Shown one piece after another: positions 32,630-43,294 of a stretch of DNA of 64,000 nucleotides. The notes beneath the pieces are model-generated. The model was given only the letters and a program-made list of their open reading frames with translations. It ran no database searches and was not told the origin of the DNA. Source of the stretch: an uncultured Gemmatimonadaceae bacterium (GTDB lineage Bacteria; Gemmatimonadota; Gemmatimonadetes; Gemmatimonadales; Gemmatimonadaceae). Position 1 is the first letter of the stretch. Each line of letters begins with the position of its first letter. A program made the position numbers and the translations under genes. The stretch covers positions 2,816,001 through 2,880,000 of the forward strand of contig CAWJMB010000002.1 in assembly GCA_963843845.1 (NCBI GenBank), in the 5' to 3' direction.

Positions 32630-33513
32630 ATGAAAGGACGCAACGAAGTCCTCGTCGGCGGGCTGCTCATCGTCGCTCTGCTCATCGGCGTCCTCGGCAC
32701 GATCTGGCTCGTGCGGGGGGGCTGAGCAGCGGCTACCCACTCTACGCGACGTTCACGTGGGGGCAGAACCTCAAAGTCGGCCAGCCGGTCGTGCTCTCCG
32801 GCGTGCCGATCGGCTACGTCGGCGCGGTCGACCTCAAGGACGACGGCCGGCTCATCGTGACGATGGCGATCCAGAAGGGGCGCAACGTGCCGTCGAACGC
32901 GAAGGCGGTCGTCGAGCCGGTCGGCATCTTCGGCGACGCGCAGGTCGCGCTGCAAGGCACGCCGAGCCCGCAGGTCTACGAGCGGGGCGACACGGTGCCG
33001 GCCGGGGTGGCCGCTGCCGGCATCGCGGCGCTGACGGCGAAGGCGGACAGCGTGGCGACGGTCGCCGTGACGCTCAGTCGACGCGTGCAGTCCGAGTTCG
33101 TCGACTCGGGCGGGCTGCGCGACATGCGCGTGGCGATCGCGCGCACGAACACGCTCATCGCGCAGATCGCGACGATCGCGAGCGAGCAGTCGCGTCAGCT
33201 CACCCAGACCCAGTCGCAGGTCCGCACCGCGCTGAGCAACGTCGACACGCGCAAGATCGATTCGACGCTCACCAACCTCCGCACGGTGAGCGCGAACGCC
33301 TCGCTGCTCAGCGACTCGCTGCGCTCGACGCTCGCGCAGGTGAACGGCCTCGTCGCGCGCATCCAGGGCGGCCAGGGCACGATCGGCAAGCTCGCCGCCG
33401 ACACCACGCTCTACGTCGACCTCCGCCGCGTGCTGGCGCGCGTCGATTCGCTGACGCTCGACTTCCAGAAGAACCCGGGCAAATACACGCGGGGAATCGT
33501 TCGGATCTTCTGA
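32630..33513 (+). CDS. mlaD: MlaD/MCE-domain protein (frameshift in G7 run 32715-32721)
   Basis: MKGRNEVLVG+TM; adding one G continues into GQNLKVGQPVVLSGVPIGYV (MCE), a helical region, GTIGKL and DFQKNPGKY. Confidence 0.85.
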
Positions 33514-33548
33514 TGCGTTCTTGTCTGTTCCTTCTGTCGGAACGAAAC

Positions 33549-33587
33549 GAAGCGCCCCGCACCGATTCGCTCGGTGCGGGGCGCTTC
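33549..33587. terminator. Bidirectional hairpin terminator between convergent mlaD and the TonB-dependent receptor gene
   Basis: Perfect 17-bp stem GAAGCGCCCCGCACCGA / TCGGTGCGGGGCGCTTC with a 5-nt loop. Confidence 0.85.
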
Positions 33588-33616
33588 TACCTCCACGACG
33601 GTCCGACCGCGCTCGC

Positions 33617-36600
33617 TCAGTACGAGTACTTGAACGTCAGCTGCATGCGGTAGACGTTGCCGAGCGAGTTCACGAAGTTCTGGTACGCCCGCGGGTTTCC
33701 GTTGCCGTCCTGCAGGCGCGTGTCGAACTCGTAGCCGATGAGCGACTCGTTGCTGATCGGGCCCGCCGCGCGGTTGCGCGCGATGAGGATCTGCTGCTGC
33801 GGGAACGTCGAGATGATCGTTCCCTTGTTGACGCCCCACTTCTCGTTCAGCAGGTTCGCGAAGTTGAAGACGTCGAGCTGCGCGATGAAGCGGTTGCCGC
33901 GGAACTCCGGCAGCGTCTGCCGCACGCTGACGTTGAACAGGTTCTGCCACGGATTCCGGCAGGTGTTGCGCTCCATGATCCGGCCGCGCTGCTCGTTCAG
34001 ACAGCTGAAGGCCGAGATGAAGCGCTCGTAGCGCTGCGCGGCGGCCGCGTTCGGCTCGTACGGGTTCGTCGTGGCGTTGAACGCCGCTCCCGGGTTGCGG
34101 AGCGTGACGATCCGGATCTCGTTCACGTCCGTCGCGTTGCGCGGGATGTACACCGGGTCGTTCGCGTTGAACCCGTCGCCGTTCAGGTCGCCGTTCACGG
34201 TGTACGTGATCGGCGAGCCGGAGTTGCCGTTGTACTCGAGCGACAGGTCGGTCGGGAACCGCTTCCACGGCGCCGTCACCGAGCCGTAGAACTGCACGCG
34301 GTGGCGCTGCTCGTACGCCGACGTCGTCAGCTCGTCCTCGTCCTGCAGCCCGGAATACTCACGACCGTTGCGCCAGATCGAGATCGCGCGATCGGACGTG
34401 AACGCCTGGACCTCGTAGGCGCGCGTGTACGTGTACGACGTCGTCAGGTCGACGCCGCGCGAGAAGCGCTTCTTGAGCTGCGGGGTGAAGGCGTAGTTGT
34501 ATCCCTTCGACTGGTTCGTGAGCTGGATCGCGCCCTCGCTGAACGCCGCGTTGTTCGTGCCGTTCGTGATGATGGCGCGCTGGCCGCTGTTCACGATCGT
34601 GAGGCTCGTGCCGCCGGACGTGATCGTGTCGGCGTAGAGCACCCGCCCCGTGTTGGTCGTGTACGGGTTGGCGTTCCCGCCGCGCGCGTTCAGCAGATTC
34701 AGGTCGCGGATGCGGATGCCGTTGACGTCGCGGCCGTACAGCGCCTCGCCGGTGAACACCACGCCGCCGGGGAGCAGGTAGTCGACGCCGGCCGACGTCA
34801 CGAAGCGCTGCGGGTACTTGAAGTTCGGGTCGTTCAGATTGACGCCGGCCGTACCGGCCGCGCCGGGCTGTGGTGCCGCCTGCCCCGCGCACGACCGGGG
34901 CAGATTCGACACGTCGGTCGTGAACGCCGGCACGACCGCCGACGCGCAGGTCAACAGCGCCAGCCCGCGCCCGGTGTTCGCGTAGGCGTTGCCGATGAGG
35001 ATGTACGGCGGCTCGCCGGTGTAGATGCCTCCGTTGCCGCGCAGCTGGAGCGACTGGTTGCCGCGCACGTCCCAGTTCATGCCGAGGCGCGGCGAGAAGA
35101 GCGGGCGCGTCTTCGGCGTGCCGGTGGTCGACACCGAGAGCCCCTTCGCCGCGAAGCCCGCCGAGATGTTCGGGTTGTCGGCCGGCGTCGTCGGGAGCCG
35201 CGGCACGTCGACGCGGAGCCCGCCGGTCAGCGTGAAGCGGTTCGTCGGCGCCCACTGATCCTGCACGTAGCCGCTGAAGATCTGCGCGTCGAAGTCGGCG
35301 ACGACGCCGGGGCCGTTCGCGTACGCGACCGAGTAGCTGAGCGGCTGTCCGCGCGCGAGCGAGTCGATGCTCGCGAACTTGTAGGCGCCGTAGCTGCGCT
35401 GCTGGAAGTCGTTCAGGATCGAGGTCAGGCTGATGCGCCCGCCCACGGTGAACGTGTGCGAGTTGAACGGGATCGTCAGGTTGTCGGTCAGCTCGACGAC
35501 GTTCTGCTTCAGCAGGTTCACCGACGAGAACTGCTCGGTGCCGAAGGTGATCTGGCTGTTCGCGCCGTTGACGCCGCGGGTGGACACCGAGATCTCCGGC
35601 GTCGCGAGCGGCGGCGTGCGGACGTCCTCGACGCGGTTGTACGCCGCGCTGAACTCGTTCGCGATCCCGCTCTGCAGATTCGTGAACGCCTGGAAGACGC
35701 TCGAGTAGTTCTTGTTCTCGCGCGGGATGCGGTTGGACGTGAGCCGGATGCCCGTTCCCTGCACGTTCGCGTCGGCGTTGAACGTCGTTCCGTTGCGCGA
35801 GAAGTCCGTCTGCGTCGCCGTGTTGACGAGCTGGCGCAGAACCATCCGGGTGCTGTTGTTCAGCCGGAAGTCGAGGCGCCCGATGAAGTTCGTGAGCGGC
35901 GTCTCGAGCGAGAGCACCTGCGCGGTGCCGGCGTCGATGCCGAGCGTCTGGGCGACGCTGCGCACGCGGTCGATCTGGGCGCGCGTCACGCCGCCGCCGC
36001 CGGTGACGGTGTCGGTGGCCGCGCCGGTCTCGGCGAACGAGGGGCCGGAGTTCGGCTGGTCGCGCTGCTGGAACTCGATCGCGCCGAAGAAGTGCAGCCG
36101 GTCGCGAATGATCGGGCCGCCGAGAAACCCGCCATACTGTTGCTGGCGGAGGTTACCGGTCCGGATGTACGCGGTGTCGCGCGCCAGGCTCGGGTTGCGG
36201 AACGTGTAGGTCGCGCCCGCCGTGAAGTCGTTCGTCCCGCTGCGCGTCACGGCGTTGACGAGCACGCTGGCGAAGTTGCCCTGCCGCACGTCCGTCGGAG
36301 TCAGCGACACCTGCACTTCCTTCACGGCGTCGATCGGCACGATCCGGCCGCCGGCGCCGCCGCCGGGAAGCCCGCCGGTCGAGTTGAGACCGAACCGGTC
36401 GCTCTGATTCGCGCCGTCGATCGTGAACTGGCTGAGGCGCGGATTCGAGCCGGCGGCGCTGAAGCCGCCCGTCTGCGAGGTCACCTGCGGCGTCAGACGC
36501 ACGAGCGACGTGAAGTCGCGGTCGAGGTTCGGGAGCCGCTGCAGGAGCGTGTCACTGATGACGGTCTGCACGCCCTGGCGCGTCGCCGCGAAGTCGGAGC

Positions 36601-36985
36601 CGCCGCTCGCGCTGACCGTCACGGCCGCCAGCGTCGTCGCCTGCGTCGAGATGGCGAGGTTCACCGTCGTCGCCTGCCCGAGCGTGACGACCACTGGCTC
36701 GACCGTGCGCGGCGTGTAGCCGAGCAGCCGGACCGTGACGGCGTAGTTGCGACCGACCTCGAGGTTCTGCACGAAGAAGCGGCCGTTCGACCGCGTCACC
36801 TGCCCGGTCGTGAACCCGGTGGCCCGGTTGACGACCTGCACCTGCGCGTTCTCGAGCGGCGCCCCGTTGTCGCCCGAGACGACGCCGGTGATGCCGCCCG
36901 TGGTGGTCTGCGCATACGTGTTCGACGACGCCGCCGCAGTCAGACACGCCGCGGCGACGGCGAACTTCCAACGATTCATGCTCAT
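33617..36985 (-). CDS. TonB-dependent receptor, Oar-like, with N-terminal carboxypeptidase-regulatory-like domain
   Basis: Signal peptide, TGGITGVV, LPNLDRDF, FTIDGA, VNAVTRSGTN, GGPIIRDRLHFF, YVQDQW, FSPRLG, terminal aromatic FKYSY. Confidence 0.9.
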   Translation of the reverse strand: MSMNRWKFAVAAACLTAAASSNTYAQTTTGGITGVVSGDNGAPLENAQVQVVNRATGFTTGQVTRSNGRFFVQNLEVGRNYAVTVRLLGYTPRTVEPVVVTLGQATTVNLAISTQATTLAAVTVSASGGSDFAATRQGVQTVISDTLLQRLPNLDRDFTSLVRLTPQVTSQTGGFSAAGSNPRLSQFTIDGANQSDRFGLNSTGGLPGGGAGGRIVPIDAVKEVQVSLTPTDVRQGNFASVLVNAVTRSGTNDFTAGATYTFRNPSLARDTAYIRTGNLRQQQYGGFLGGPIIRDRLHFFGAIEFQQRDQPNSGPSFAETGAATDTVTGGGGVTRAQIDRVRSVAQTLGIDAGTAQVLSLETPLTNFIGRLDFRLNNSTRMVLRQLVNTATQTDFSRNGTTFNADANVQGTGIRLTSNRIPRENKNYSSVFQAFTNLQSGIANEFSAAYNRVEDVRTPPLATPEISVSTRGVNGANSQITFGTEQFSSVNLLKQNVVELTDNLTIPFNSHTFTVGGRISLTSILNDFQQRSYGAYKFASIDSLARGQPLSYSVAYANGPGVVADFDAQIFSGYVQDQWAPTNRFTLTGGLRVDVPRLPTTPADNPNISAGFAAKGLSVSTTGTPKTRPLFSPRLGMNWDVRGNQSLQLRGNGGIYTGEPPYILIGNAYANTGRGLALLTCASAVVPAFTTDVSNLPRSCAGQAAPQPGAAGTAGVNLNDPNFKYPQRFVTSAGVDYLLPGGVVFTGEALYGRDVNGIRIRDLNLLNARGGNANPYTTNTGRVLYADTITSGGTSLTIVNSGQRAIITNGTNNAAFSEGAIQLTNQSKGYNYAFTPQLKKRFSRGVDLTTSYTYTRAYEVQAFTSDRAISIWRNGREYSGLQDEDELTTSAYEQRHRVQFYGSVTAPWKRFPTDLSLEYNGNSGSPITYTVNGDLNGDGFNANDPVYIPRNATDVNEIRIVTLRNPGAAFNATTNPYEPNAAAAQRYERFISAFSCLNEQRGRIMERNTCRNPWQNLFNVSVRQTLPEFRGNRFIAQLDVFNFANLLNEKWGVNKGTIISTFPQQQILIARNRAAGPISNESLIGYEFDTRLQDGNGNPRAYQNFVNSLGNVYRMQLTFKYSY

Positions 36986-37061
36986 GGTGGTCCTTCGGGA
37001 GAGTGCCCTGGGGAGGGAAGACGCGTGCGCGGGCGGGAGCTCGCCCGGACGCGCCGCAGAG

Positions 37062-37091
37062 AAGCTACCGGCCGTGGCGACGGGCGGTCAA
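37062..37091 (-). promoter_or_regulatory. Putative sigma70 promoter for the TonB-dependent receptor
   Basis: Minus strand TTGACC-N18-TAGCTT; AAGGA SD-like sequence before ATG 36985. Confidence 0.55.
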
Positions 37092-37504
37092 CGTGGACCT
37101 CCCCCGACGGTCGAAACGGCTCCGTCACGACGGGCGGACCCGGTCCGGACGTACCGGGTCACCTGCCCGGCGGTATCGTGATGCGCGACGAGTCGGTCCC
37201 CGACCTCGCGTGGGCCCGCGACATCATCGATGGAGAGGCCGGGGCCAGCGTCGGTGACGAACGCCGGGCTGCGCACCACGGCGGCCGGACGTTCACGACG
37301 GTCGGCATGCCTGCCGACACGTCCGGGGACGGTGTCGGTCCCGCCCCGGAGGGCCATCCGACCGGTCGACGGTCGCGCGTCGCGAGCGACCAACGCTCGC
37401 GACGCGTCACGAGCGACGATCGGCGAGCGACGAGTCGGCTCGCCTACGAACAGCGGTCGAGATGTTCTCCGGGCATCGCGGCCACCCCCCCCCACGCCGC
37501 CGAC

Positions 37505-38876
37505 TCACGCTCGGCGCGCGCCCCTCCGCCCGACGGTCAGGTAGTACACCGGCACCCCCGCCGCGACGATCCCCAGCGTCGCCAGCGTCGCTCCCCGGCT
37601 CGACGGATCGATGATCGCGTTCCCGAGCAGGTAGAGCGTCGCGAGCACGAAGAGAATGGGCACGACCGGATACCCGGGGGTGCGGAACGGCGGCGCCCAG
37701 TCGGCCCGTCGGCGCAGCGTGAACACGCTCGCGACGGCGAGCGCGTAGAACGGCACGATGGCCGTCACGAACTGGTCGGCGAGCTGCTCGAACGTCCGCA
37801 ACATGACGAACGCGACGCCGAGGAGCGCCGTGAGGACGATCGCGACGTACGGGCTGTCGTACTTCGGGTGGACCTTCGCCACCGGGCGGAAGAAGAGCCC
37901 GTCGTCGGCCATCGCGAAGAAGATGCGCGGCGCCGTCATGAGCGTGCCGTTCAGCGTGCCGAACGTCGACAGCATCACCGTCACGGCCACGAAGACGACG
38001 CCCGGCGCCCCGATCAACCGCTGCGCGACGTCGGCCGCGACGAGCTTCGACGCGCGGATCTCGCTGACCGACATCACGCTGAGGTATGCCACGTTCGCCA
38101 GCAGGTAGATCGCGATGACGGCGATCGTGCCGATGATGAGCGCTCTCGGCAGGTTGCGTCGCGGGTTCTCGACCTCGCCGCCGACGAACGAGAGATCCGC
38201 CCAACCGTCGAACGCCCACAGCGCCGAGACGAGAGCGAGACCGAAGGCGCCGACGGCGAAGCTGCCGGGCGGCGTCGCCGGGGTGAAGTTCGCGCCGCCC
38301 GTCCGCGGGAGCCCGAGGGCGAGCGCGAGCATCACGATGAACAGCAGCCCGCCGTACTTCGCGACCGTGGTGACGTTCTGCACGAGCGCCCCGGTCCGCA
38401 CGCCGCGGTAGTTGAACACCGAGGTCGCGAGAATCGCCACGGCCGCGATGTAGTGCACCCACTCGTTGTACGGCGCGACGCTCGGATCGTAGCTTCAGCA
38501 CGCGCAGGAAGTACTCGGCGAACGTGGTCGAGATGGCGCCCAACGACGCGGCCCGAATGACCGCCAGCTCGGCCCAGCCGAACAGGAAGGCGGGGAGGCG
38601 CCCCCAGCCGTCGCGGATGAAGACGTAGAGTCCGCCCGTCTCGGGCCTCGCCCCCGCGATCTCGGCCAGCGTCAGCGCGCCGCAGAGCGCGAACAGCCCG
38701 CCGGTGACCCAGACGGCGAGCATCGGGAGCGGGCCGGGCAGCTTGTCGGCGATGCCGGCAGGGGAGCGGAAGATGCCCGAGCCGATCGTCGAGCCGATGA
38801 GGACGGCGACGGCGCTCCAGAGACCGATGCGGCGGGGGAGCGTACGGGCGGGTTCGGCAGGGGTGGGGGGGGCCAT
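37505..38876 (-). CDS. APC-family amino acid permease (frameshift near 38490)
   Basis: IGSTIGSGIF, CGALTLAE, GGLYVFI; second frame LWAFDGW, EVENPRRNLP, PRIFFAMADDG, PFRTPGYP. Confidence 0.9.
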
Positions 38877-39009
38877 GCGCGGAATCGTACGACGGCGCGC
38901 GGAGGATGAACAGGCCGTGGCGCGCGGCTGTCGGGGGCGTAGGTAACGATCCGGGTTGAGTTTGCGCCACGGGACCGCGACCTTTCGCCGGTTCTCCTCT
39001 CCCGTCTCC

Positions 39010-39303
39010 ATGACTCCGTTCCTCGCCGACGCGATCTTCTGGATCGCCGTCGTTGCATGCGCCGTCGCACAGATCGGCATTCTGCGCGCGACCGTCGCCA
39101 CCCGCGGCGATTCGCCCGCCGACGGTCCGGCCGCCGTCGCCTCGCACCGCGCCTCGACGCGCGCCGAAGAGATGCTGTGGGCCGCGCTGCCCGTGATCGC
39201 GCTCGCCGTCGTGCTCGTGTTGACGTGGCGGGCGCTGCATCCGGCGCCGCTCGCCGGCCCCGCCCTCGTTCCGTCATCGCAGGGCGCCGGAGCGGCCGCA
39301 TGA
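39010..39303 (+). CDS. Small two-TM protein resembling the cytochrome c oxidase subunit II transmembrane segment
   Basis: AIFWIAVVACAVAQIGIL...EEMLWAALPVIAL (cf. E-x-x-W-T-x-x-P of CoxB TM2); immediately upstream of ctaA. Confidence 0.55.
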   Translation: MTPFLADAIFWIAVVACAVAQIGILRATVATRGDSPADGPAAVASHRASTRAEEMLWAALPVIALAVVLVLTWRALHPAPLAGPALVPSSQGAGAAA

Positions 39304-39325
39304 CGCCGCCCCTCCCCCCGCCGCG

Positions 39326-40312
39326 GTGCGCCGCGCCGCCTACGCGGCGCTCGCCGTGTCGCTCGTCCACATCGTGTTCGGCGCGATCGTCCGCATCTCT
39401 GGCTCGGGGATGGGGTGCGGCGACCACTGGCCGAAGTGCTACGGCTACTGGTTCCCCCCGCTGACCCGGCCGGACCTCATCATCGAGGTCACGCACCGCT
39501 ACCTCGCGGCCGGGCTGTTCGTCGCGATCGCGGCGCTCTTCGCGACCGCGTGGCGTCACCGCGCGGCGCCCGGCGTCTCGGGGCGCGGCGGGCCGCTGCG
39601 CACGGCCGGCCTCGCGGTCGCTCTCTGGTTCGCGCCGGCGGTGTTCGGCGCGGTCACGGTCTATGTCGGCAACGCGCCGTGGGCGACGGTCGTGCACAAG
39701 CTGCTCGCCGCGGCGCTGCTCGCGGTGCTCGCCGTGGCGGTGCTGCGGGCTGGAGGCTTCGGCGCGGCGCGCGCGGTGACGCAGTCGGCGTCGGCGAAGG
39801 CGGCGCGGGGCGCGGGGCTGGCAGCGGGGATGGCACTGATCGCCGTGCTGCTGGGCGGCCTCACCGCGAAGATCCCCGGGGCGGCGGTCGCGTGCGCCGG
39901 CTTTCCGCTCTGCGGCGCGGGATCGCTCGGCGGCGGCGGACAGCACGTGCAGCTCACGCACCGCGTGGTCGCCTACCTGCTGGCGTTCCACCTCGTCGGG
40001 CTCCTCATCGCGGTGTCGCGCCGACGTGAGGCGGGCACCGTCGTCGCCGCGGTCCGTACCGCGTTCGGCGTCGTCGTGCTCCAGATCGGGCTCGGCGCGG
40101 CGATGGTCCTGCTCGCCTTTCCGCCCGTGCTCCGCTCGGCGCACCAGGCGACCGGGATCCTGCTCTGGCTGACGACGTTCACGGCGACCTACCTCGCGCG
40201 CATCGCCGCGGGCGCATCCACGCCGGCGTTCGCGATCCCGCACCGCGCGCGTCCCGACGTGACGACGCCGACCGATCAGCTGCCGGTTCTCGCCGTGGAG
40301 CCAGGGCGATGA
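39326..40312 (+). CDS. ctaA: Heme A synthase (COX15/CtaA)
   Basis: GAIVRISGSGMGCGDHWPKC, IEVTHR, VHK, QLTHR, SAHQ. True start may be ATG 39300 with an indel in the following C-run. Confidence 0.85.
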   Translation: MRRAAYAALAVSLVHIVFGAIVRISGSGMGCGDHWPKCYGYWFPPLTRPDLIIEVTHRYLAAGLFVAIAALFATAWRHRAAPGVSGRGGPLRTAGLAVALWFAPAVFGAVTVYVGNAPWATVVHKLLAAALLAVLAVAVLRAGGFGAARAVTQSASAKAARGAGLAAGMALIAVLLGGLTAKIPGAAVACAGFPLCGAGSLGGGGQHVQLTHRVVAYLLAFHLVGLLIAVSRRREAGTVVAAVRTAFGVVVLQIGLGAAMVLLAFPPVLRSAHQATGILLWLTTFTATYLARIAAGASTPAFAIPHRARPDVTTPTDQLPVLAVEPGR

Positions 40313-41220
40313 CTGGCGTCGCACTGTCGGACGCGGCGCCGCGGCAGCGGTCGCTGGCGAGCGACCTGCTGGCGCTGACGAAGCCGCGCATCATCTCGCT
40401 GCTCCTCGTGACGACGATCGCCCCGATGTTCGTCGCCGGGCGGCCGACGCTGGGGCTCGTGCTGCTCGTGACGCTCGGCGGCTACCTCATGGCGGGGGGC
40501 GCGAACGCGGTCAACATGTACCTCGACCGCGACATCGACGACGTCATGGCGCGCACGCGGCTTCGCCCGATCCCGAGCGGCCGCATGCGCCCGCGCGCGG
40601 TGCTCGCCTTCGGCGTGCTGCTGTCGACGACGGCCACGTGGATGCTCGGCCACTTCGTGAATCTCCCGACGGCGGGGTTGGCGCTCGCCGGCTTCTACTT
40701 CTACGTGTTCGTCTACACGCGCTGGCTCAAGCGCTCGACGCCGCAGAACATCGTGATCGGCGGCGCGGCCGGCGCCTTCCCGCCGCTCGTCGGGTGGGCC
40801 GCGGTCACGGGCGGCGTCGACCTCGCCGCGCTGTACCTGTTCCTCATCGTGTTCTACTGGACGCCGCCGCACTTCTGGGCGCTCGCGCTCATGAAGCAGC
40901 ACGACTACGGCCGCGCCGGCATTCCGATGGCCCCGAACGTCTGGGGGGAGCGCAACACGCTCGACCAGATGCTCTGGTACACCGTCGTGCTGATCGCGCT
41001 GACGGTGCTGCCGGTCGCGTTCGGGGCGTTCGGACTGCTCTACCTCGCGAGCGCCGCCGTGTTGGGCGGGCTGCTGTTGTGGGGCGTGCTGCGCACCCGG
41101 GTCGCGCACCGGCGCGGCACGCCGTGGTCGCAGCCGGCGTGGTGGACGTACAAGTACTCGTTGCTGTATCTCGCGCTGCTGTTCGTCGCGATGGCGGCGG
41201 ACCGCGCGATCGCGCGATGA
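40309..41220 (+). CDS. ctaB: Protoheme IX farnesyltransferase (heme O synthase)
   Basis: LTKPRII, NMYLDRDIDDVMARTRLRP, YTRWLKR, NIVIGGAAGAFPPLVGW, WTPPHFWAL. Confidence 0.95.
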   Translation: MTGVALSDAAPRQRSLASDLLALTKPRIISLLLVTTIAPMFVAGRPTLGLVLLVTLGGYLMAGGANAVNMYLDRDIDDVMARTRLRPIPSGRMRPRAVLAFGVLLSTTATWMLGHFVNLPTAGLALAGFYFYVFVYTRWLKRSTPQNIVIGGAAGAFPPLVGWAAVTGGVDLAALYLFLIVFYWTPPHFWALALMKQHDYGRAGIPMAPNVWGERNTLDQMLWYTVVLIALTVLPVAFGAFGLLYLASAAVLGGLLLWGVLRTRVAHRRGTPWSQPAWWTYKYSLLYLALLFVAMAADRAIAR

Positions 41221-41486
41221 CCTACGACCCGTCGCCCGTCGGGGAGCGCGACGCGCTCTCCGTGCACGTCGTCGGCAAGCGCGGCGACGCCGAGCGCGTG
41301 TACGTGTTGGGGAAGCCGCGGAACGGCATCGTCGAGGTGCGCGAGATCGTCGGCGGCTGCGCCCCGGTGGAGTACGCGGAGCAGACCGACGTGCTGCGCG
41401 CCCGCTTCGAGAAGCTGGCGCGCGAGCGCCGGCGCATGAACACCGAGCTGCACCTGATTCGCCACTGGCTCGACGGGCTGGCGTGA
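41217..41486 (+). CDS. Hypothetical 89-aa protein
   Basis: ATGA/GTGA overlaps with both neighbours; protein-like composition (MTYDPSPVGERDALSVH...). Confidence 0.6.
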   Translation: MTYDPSPVGERDALSVHVVGKRGDAERVYVLGKPRNGIVEVREIVGGCAPVEYAEQTDVLRARFEKLARERRRMNTELHLIRHWLDGLA

Positions 41487-43264
41487 CGGCGCCGCCCGCC
41501 GAGAAGCGGCGGCTCGTGTCGCCGAAACCGTTAGGCAGGCTCTTCCCGCTCCTCCGCCCGTACCTCTGGCGGCTGGTCGTCGCCGCCGTGTGCCTGGTGC
41601 TCGCCGCGCTCGCCGGGCTCGCCTTCCCGAAGGTCGTCGGCTGGCTGCTCGACGCCGCGTTCTCCGAGCGATCCGCCGCCCGACTCGACCGCATCGCGCT
41701 CGGGCTGCTCGCGATCTTCGCGGCACAGGGCGTCATGAACTACGTGCAGGTCTATCTGCTCAGCTCCACTGCGGAGCGCGTCATCGCGCGGCTGCGCGAG
41801 GCGCTCGTCGCGCACCTCATGCGGCTGTCGCCGGGATTCTTCACCGAGCAGCGCACCGGCGAGCTGACGAGCCGCATCACGTCGGACCTCTCGGCGCTGC
41901 AGTCGCTGCTCAACACGTGGATCTCCGAGGGCGCGCGGCAGATCATCTTCCTCGTCGGCGGCGTCGCGCTGCTGACGCTCACCGACCCGCGCCTCACGCT
42001 GACGACGCTCGCCGTCGCGCCCGTGATCGTCGCCGTCGCGCTCGTCTTCGGCCGCATGCTCCGGCGGGCGAGCGCCGGCGTGCAGGATCGGGTGGCCGAG
42101 GCGACGGGGATGGCGGACGAGGCGTTCGCGCAGATCCGCACGGTCCAGAGCTTCGTGCGCGAGGACGTCGAGATCGAGCGCTACCGCGGACTGTTGGACA
42201 CCGTCATCATCGCCGCCGTCGCGCGAGCGCGGATGCGTGCGACCTTCTTCGGCGTCGTCGGCTTCGTCGCGTTCGCCGGGGTCGTCGCCGTGCTGTGGGA
42301 GGGCGGGCAGCGCGTGCTCGTCGGCACGCTGACCGCGGGAACGCTCGTGCAGTTCCTGTTCTACGCGTTCTTCATCGCCGCGGCGGTCGGATCGCTCGCC
42401 ACCCTGTTCGGCAACTTCCAGGAGGCGATCGGCGCGGCCGCACGCGTCTTCGAGCTGCTCGCGACGCCGGCGACGATCGCCGACCCTGCGGCGCCGGCGC
42501 GCCTCGCGGGTCCGGTGCGCGGCGCCGTCGCCCTCGAACGGGTGTCGTTCCGCTACGGCGACGCGCTCCCCGACGTGCTCCACGAGGTCTCGCTCTCGGC
42601 CGCGCCGGGTGAGATCGTCGCGCTCGTCGGCCGCAGCGGCGCGGGAAAGACGACGATCGCGTCGCTCCTCCCACGCTTCTGGGACGTGTCGAGCGGGCGC
42701 GTGACGCTCGACGGCCACGACGTGCGCACGCTGCCGCTCGCCGACCTTCGCCGCGCGATCGGCGTCGTGCCCCAGGAGCCGACGCTGTTCAGCGGCACCA
42801 TCCGCGAGAACATCGCCTACGCCCGCCCGGACGCGAGCTTCGACGACGTCCTGGCCGCGGCGCAGGCCGCGCACGCGCACGAGTTCATCGAGCGGCTACC
42901 GAACGGCTACGACACACCCGTCGGCGAGCGCGGCGTGAAGCTGTCGGGCGGGCAGCGGCAGCGCGTCGCGATCGCGCGCGTGTTCCTCAAGGATCCGGCG
43001 GTCGTCGTGCTCGACGAGGCGACGTCGAGCCTCGATTCGGAGAGCGAGGGGCTCGTCGAGGCTGCGCTCGAGGAGCTGCTCGACGGGCGGACGACGCTCA
43101 TCATCGCGCACCGCCTCAGCACCGTCCGTCGGGCCGATCGGGTCGTGGTGCTCGACCACGGACGGGTGATCGAGTCGGGGAATCACGCCGAGCTGCTGGC
43201 GCGCGATGGGCTCTATGCGCGGCTCTATCAGGGGCAGTTCAGGGAGGAGGCGCTCGGCGCCTGA
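41483..43264 (+). CDS. ABC exporter, fused permease/ATPase (MsbA-like)
   Basis: TM domain with RTGELTSR; GRSGAGKTT, LSGGQRQR, LDEATSSLD, IAHRLST. Confidence 0.92.
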   Translation: MTAPPAEKRRLVSPKPLGRLFPLLRPYLWRLVVAAVCLVLAALAGLAFPKVVGWLLDAAFSERSAARLDRIALGLLAIFAAQGVMNYVQVYLLSSTAERVIARLREALVAHLMRLSPGFFTEQRTGELTSRITSDLSALQSLLNTWISEGARQIIFLVGGVALLTLTDPRLTLTTLAVAPVIVAVALVFGRMLRRASAGVQDRVAEATGMADEAFAQIRTVQSFVREDVEIERYRGLLDTVIIAAVARARMRATFFGVVGFVAFAGVVAVLWEGGQRVLVGTLTAGTLVQFLFYAFFIAAAVGSLATLFGNFQEAIGAAARVFELLATPATIADPAAPARLAGPVRGAVALERVSFRYGDALPDVLHEVSLSAAPGEIVALVGRSGAGKTTIASLLPRFWDVSSGRVTLDGHDVRTLPLADLRRAIGVVPQEPTLFSGTIRENIAYARPDASFDDVLAAAQAAHAHEFIERLPNGYDTPVGERGVKLSGGQRQRVAIARVFLKDPAVVVLDEATSSLDSESEGLVEAALEELLDGRTTLIIAHRLSTVRRADRVVVLDHGRVIESGNHAELLARDGLYARLYQGQFREEALGA

Positions 43265-43294
43265 CGCCGAGTCCGGCGCCGGGCGACCCTGCCG

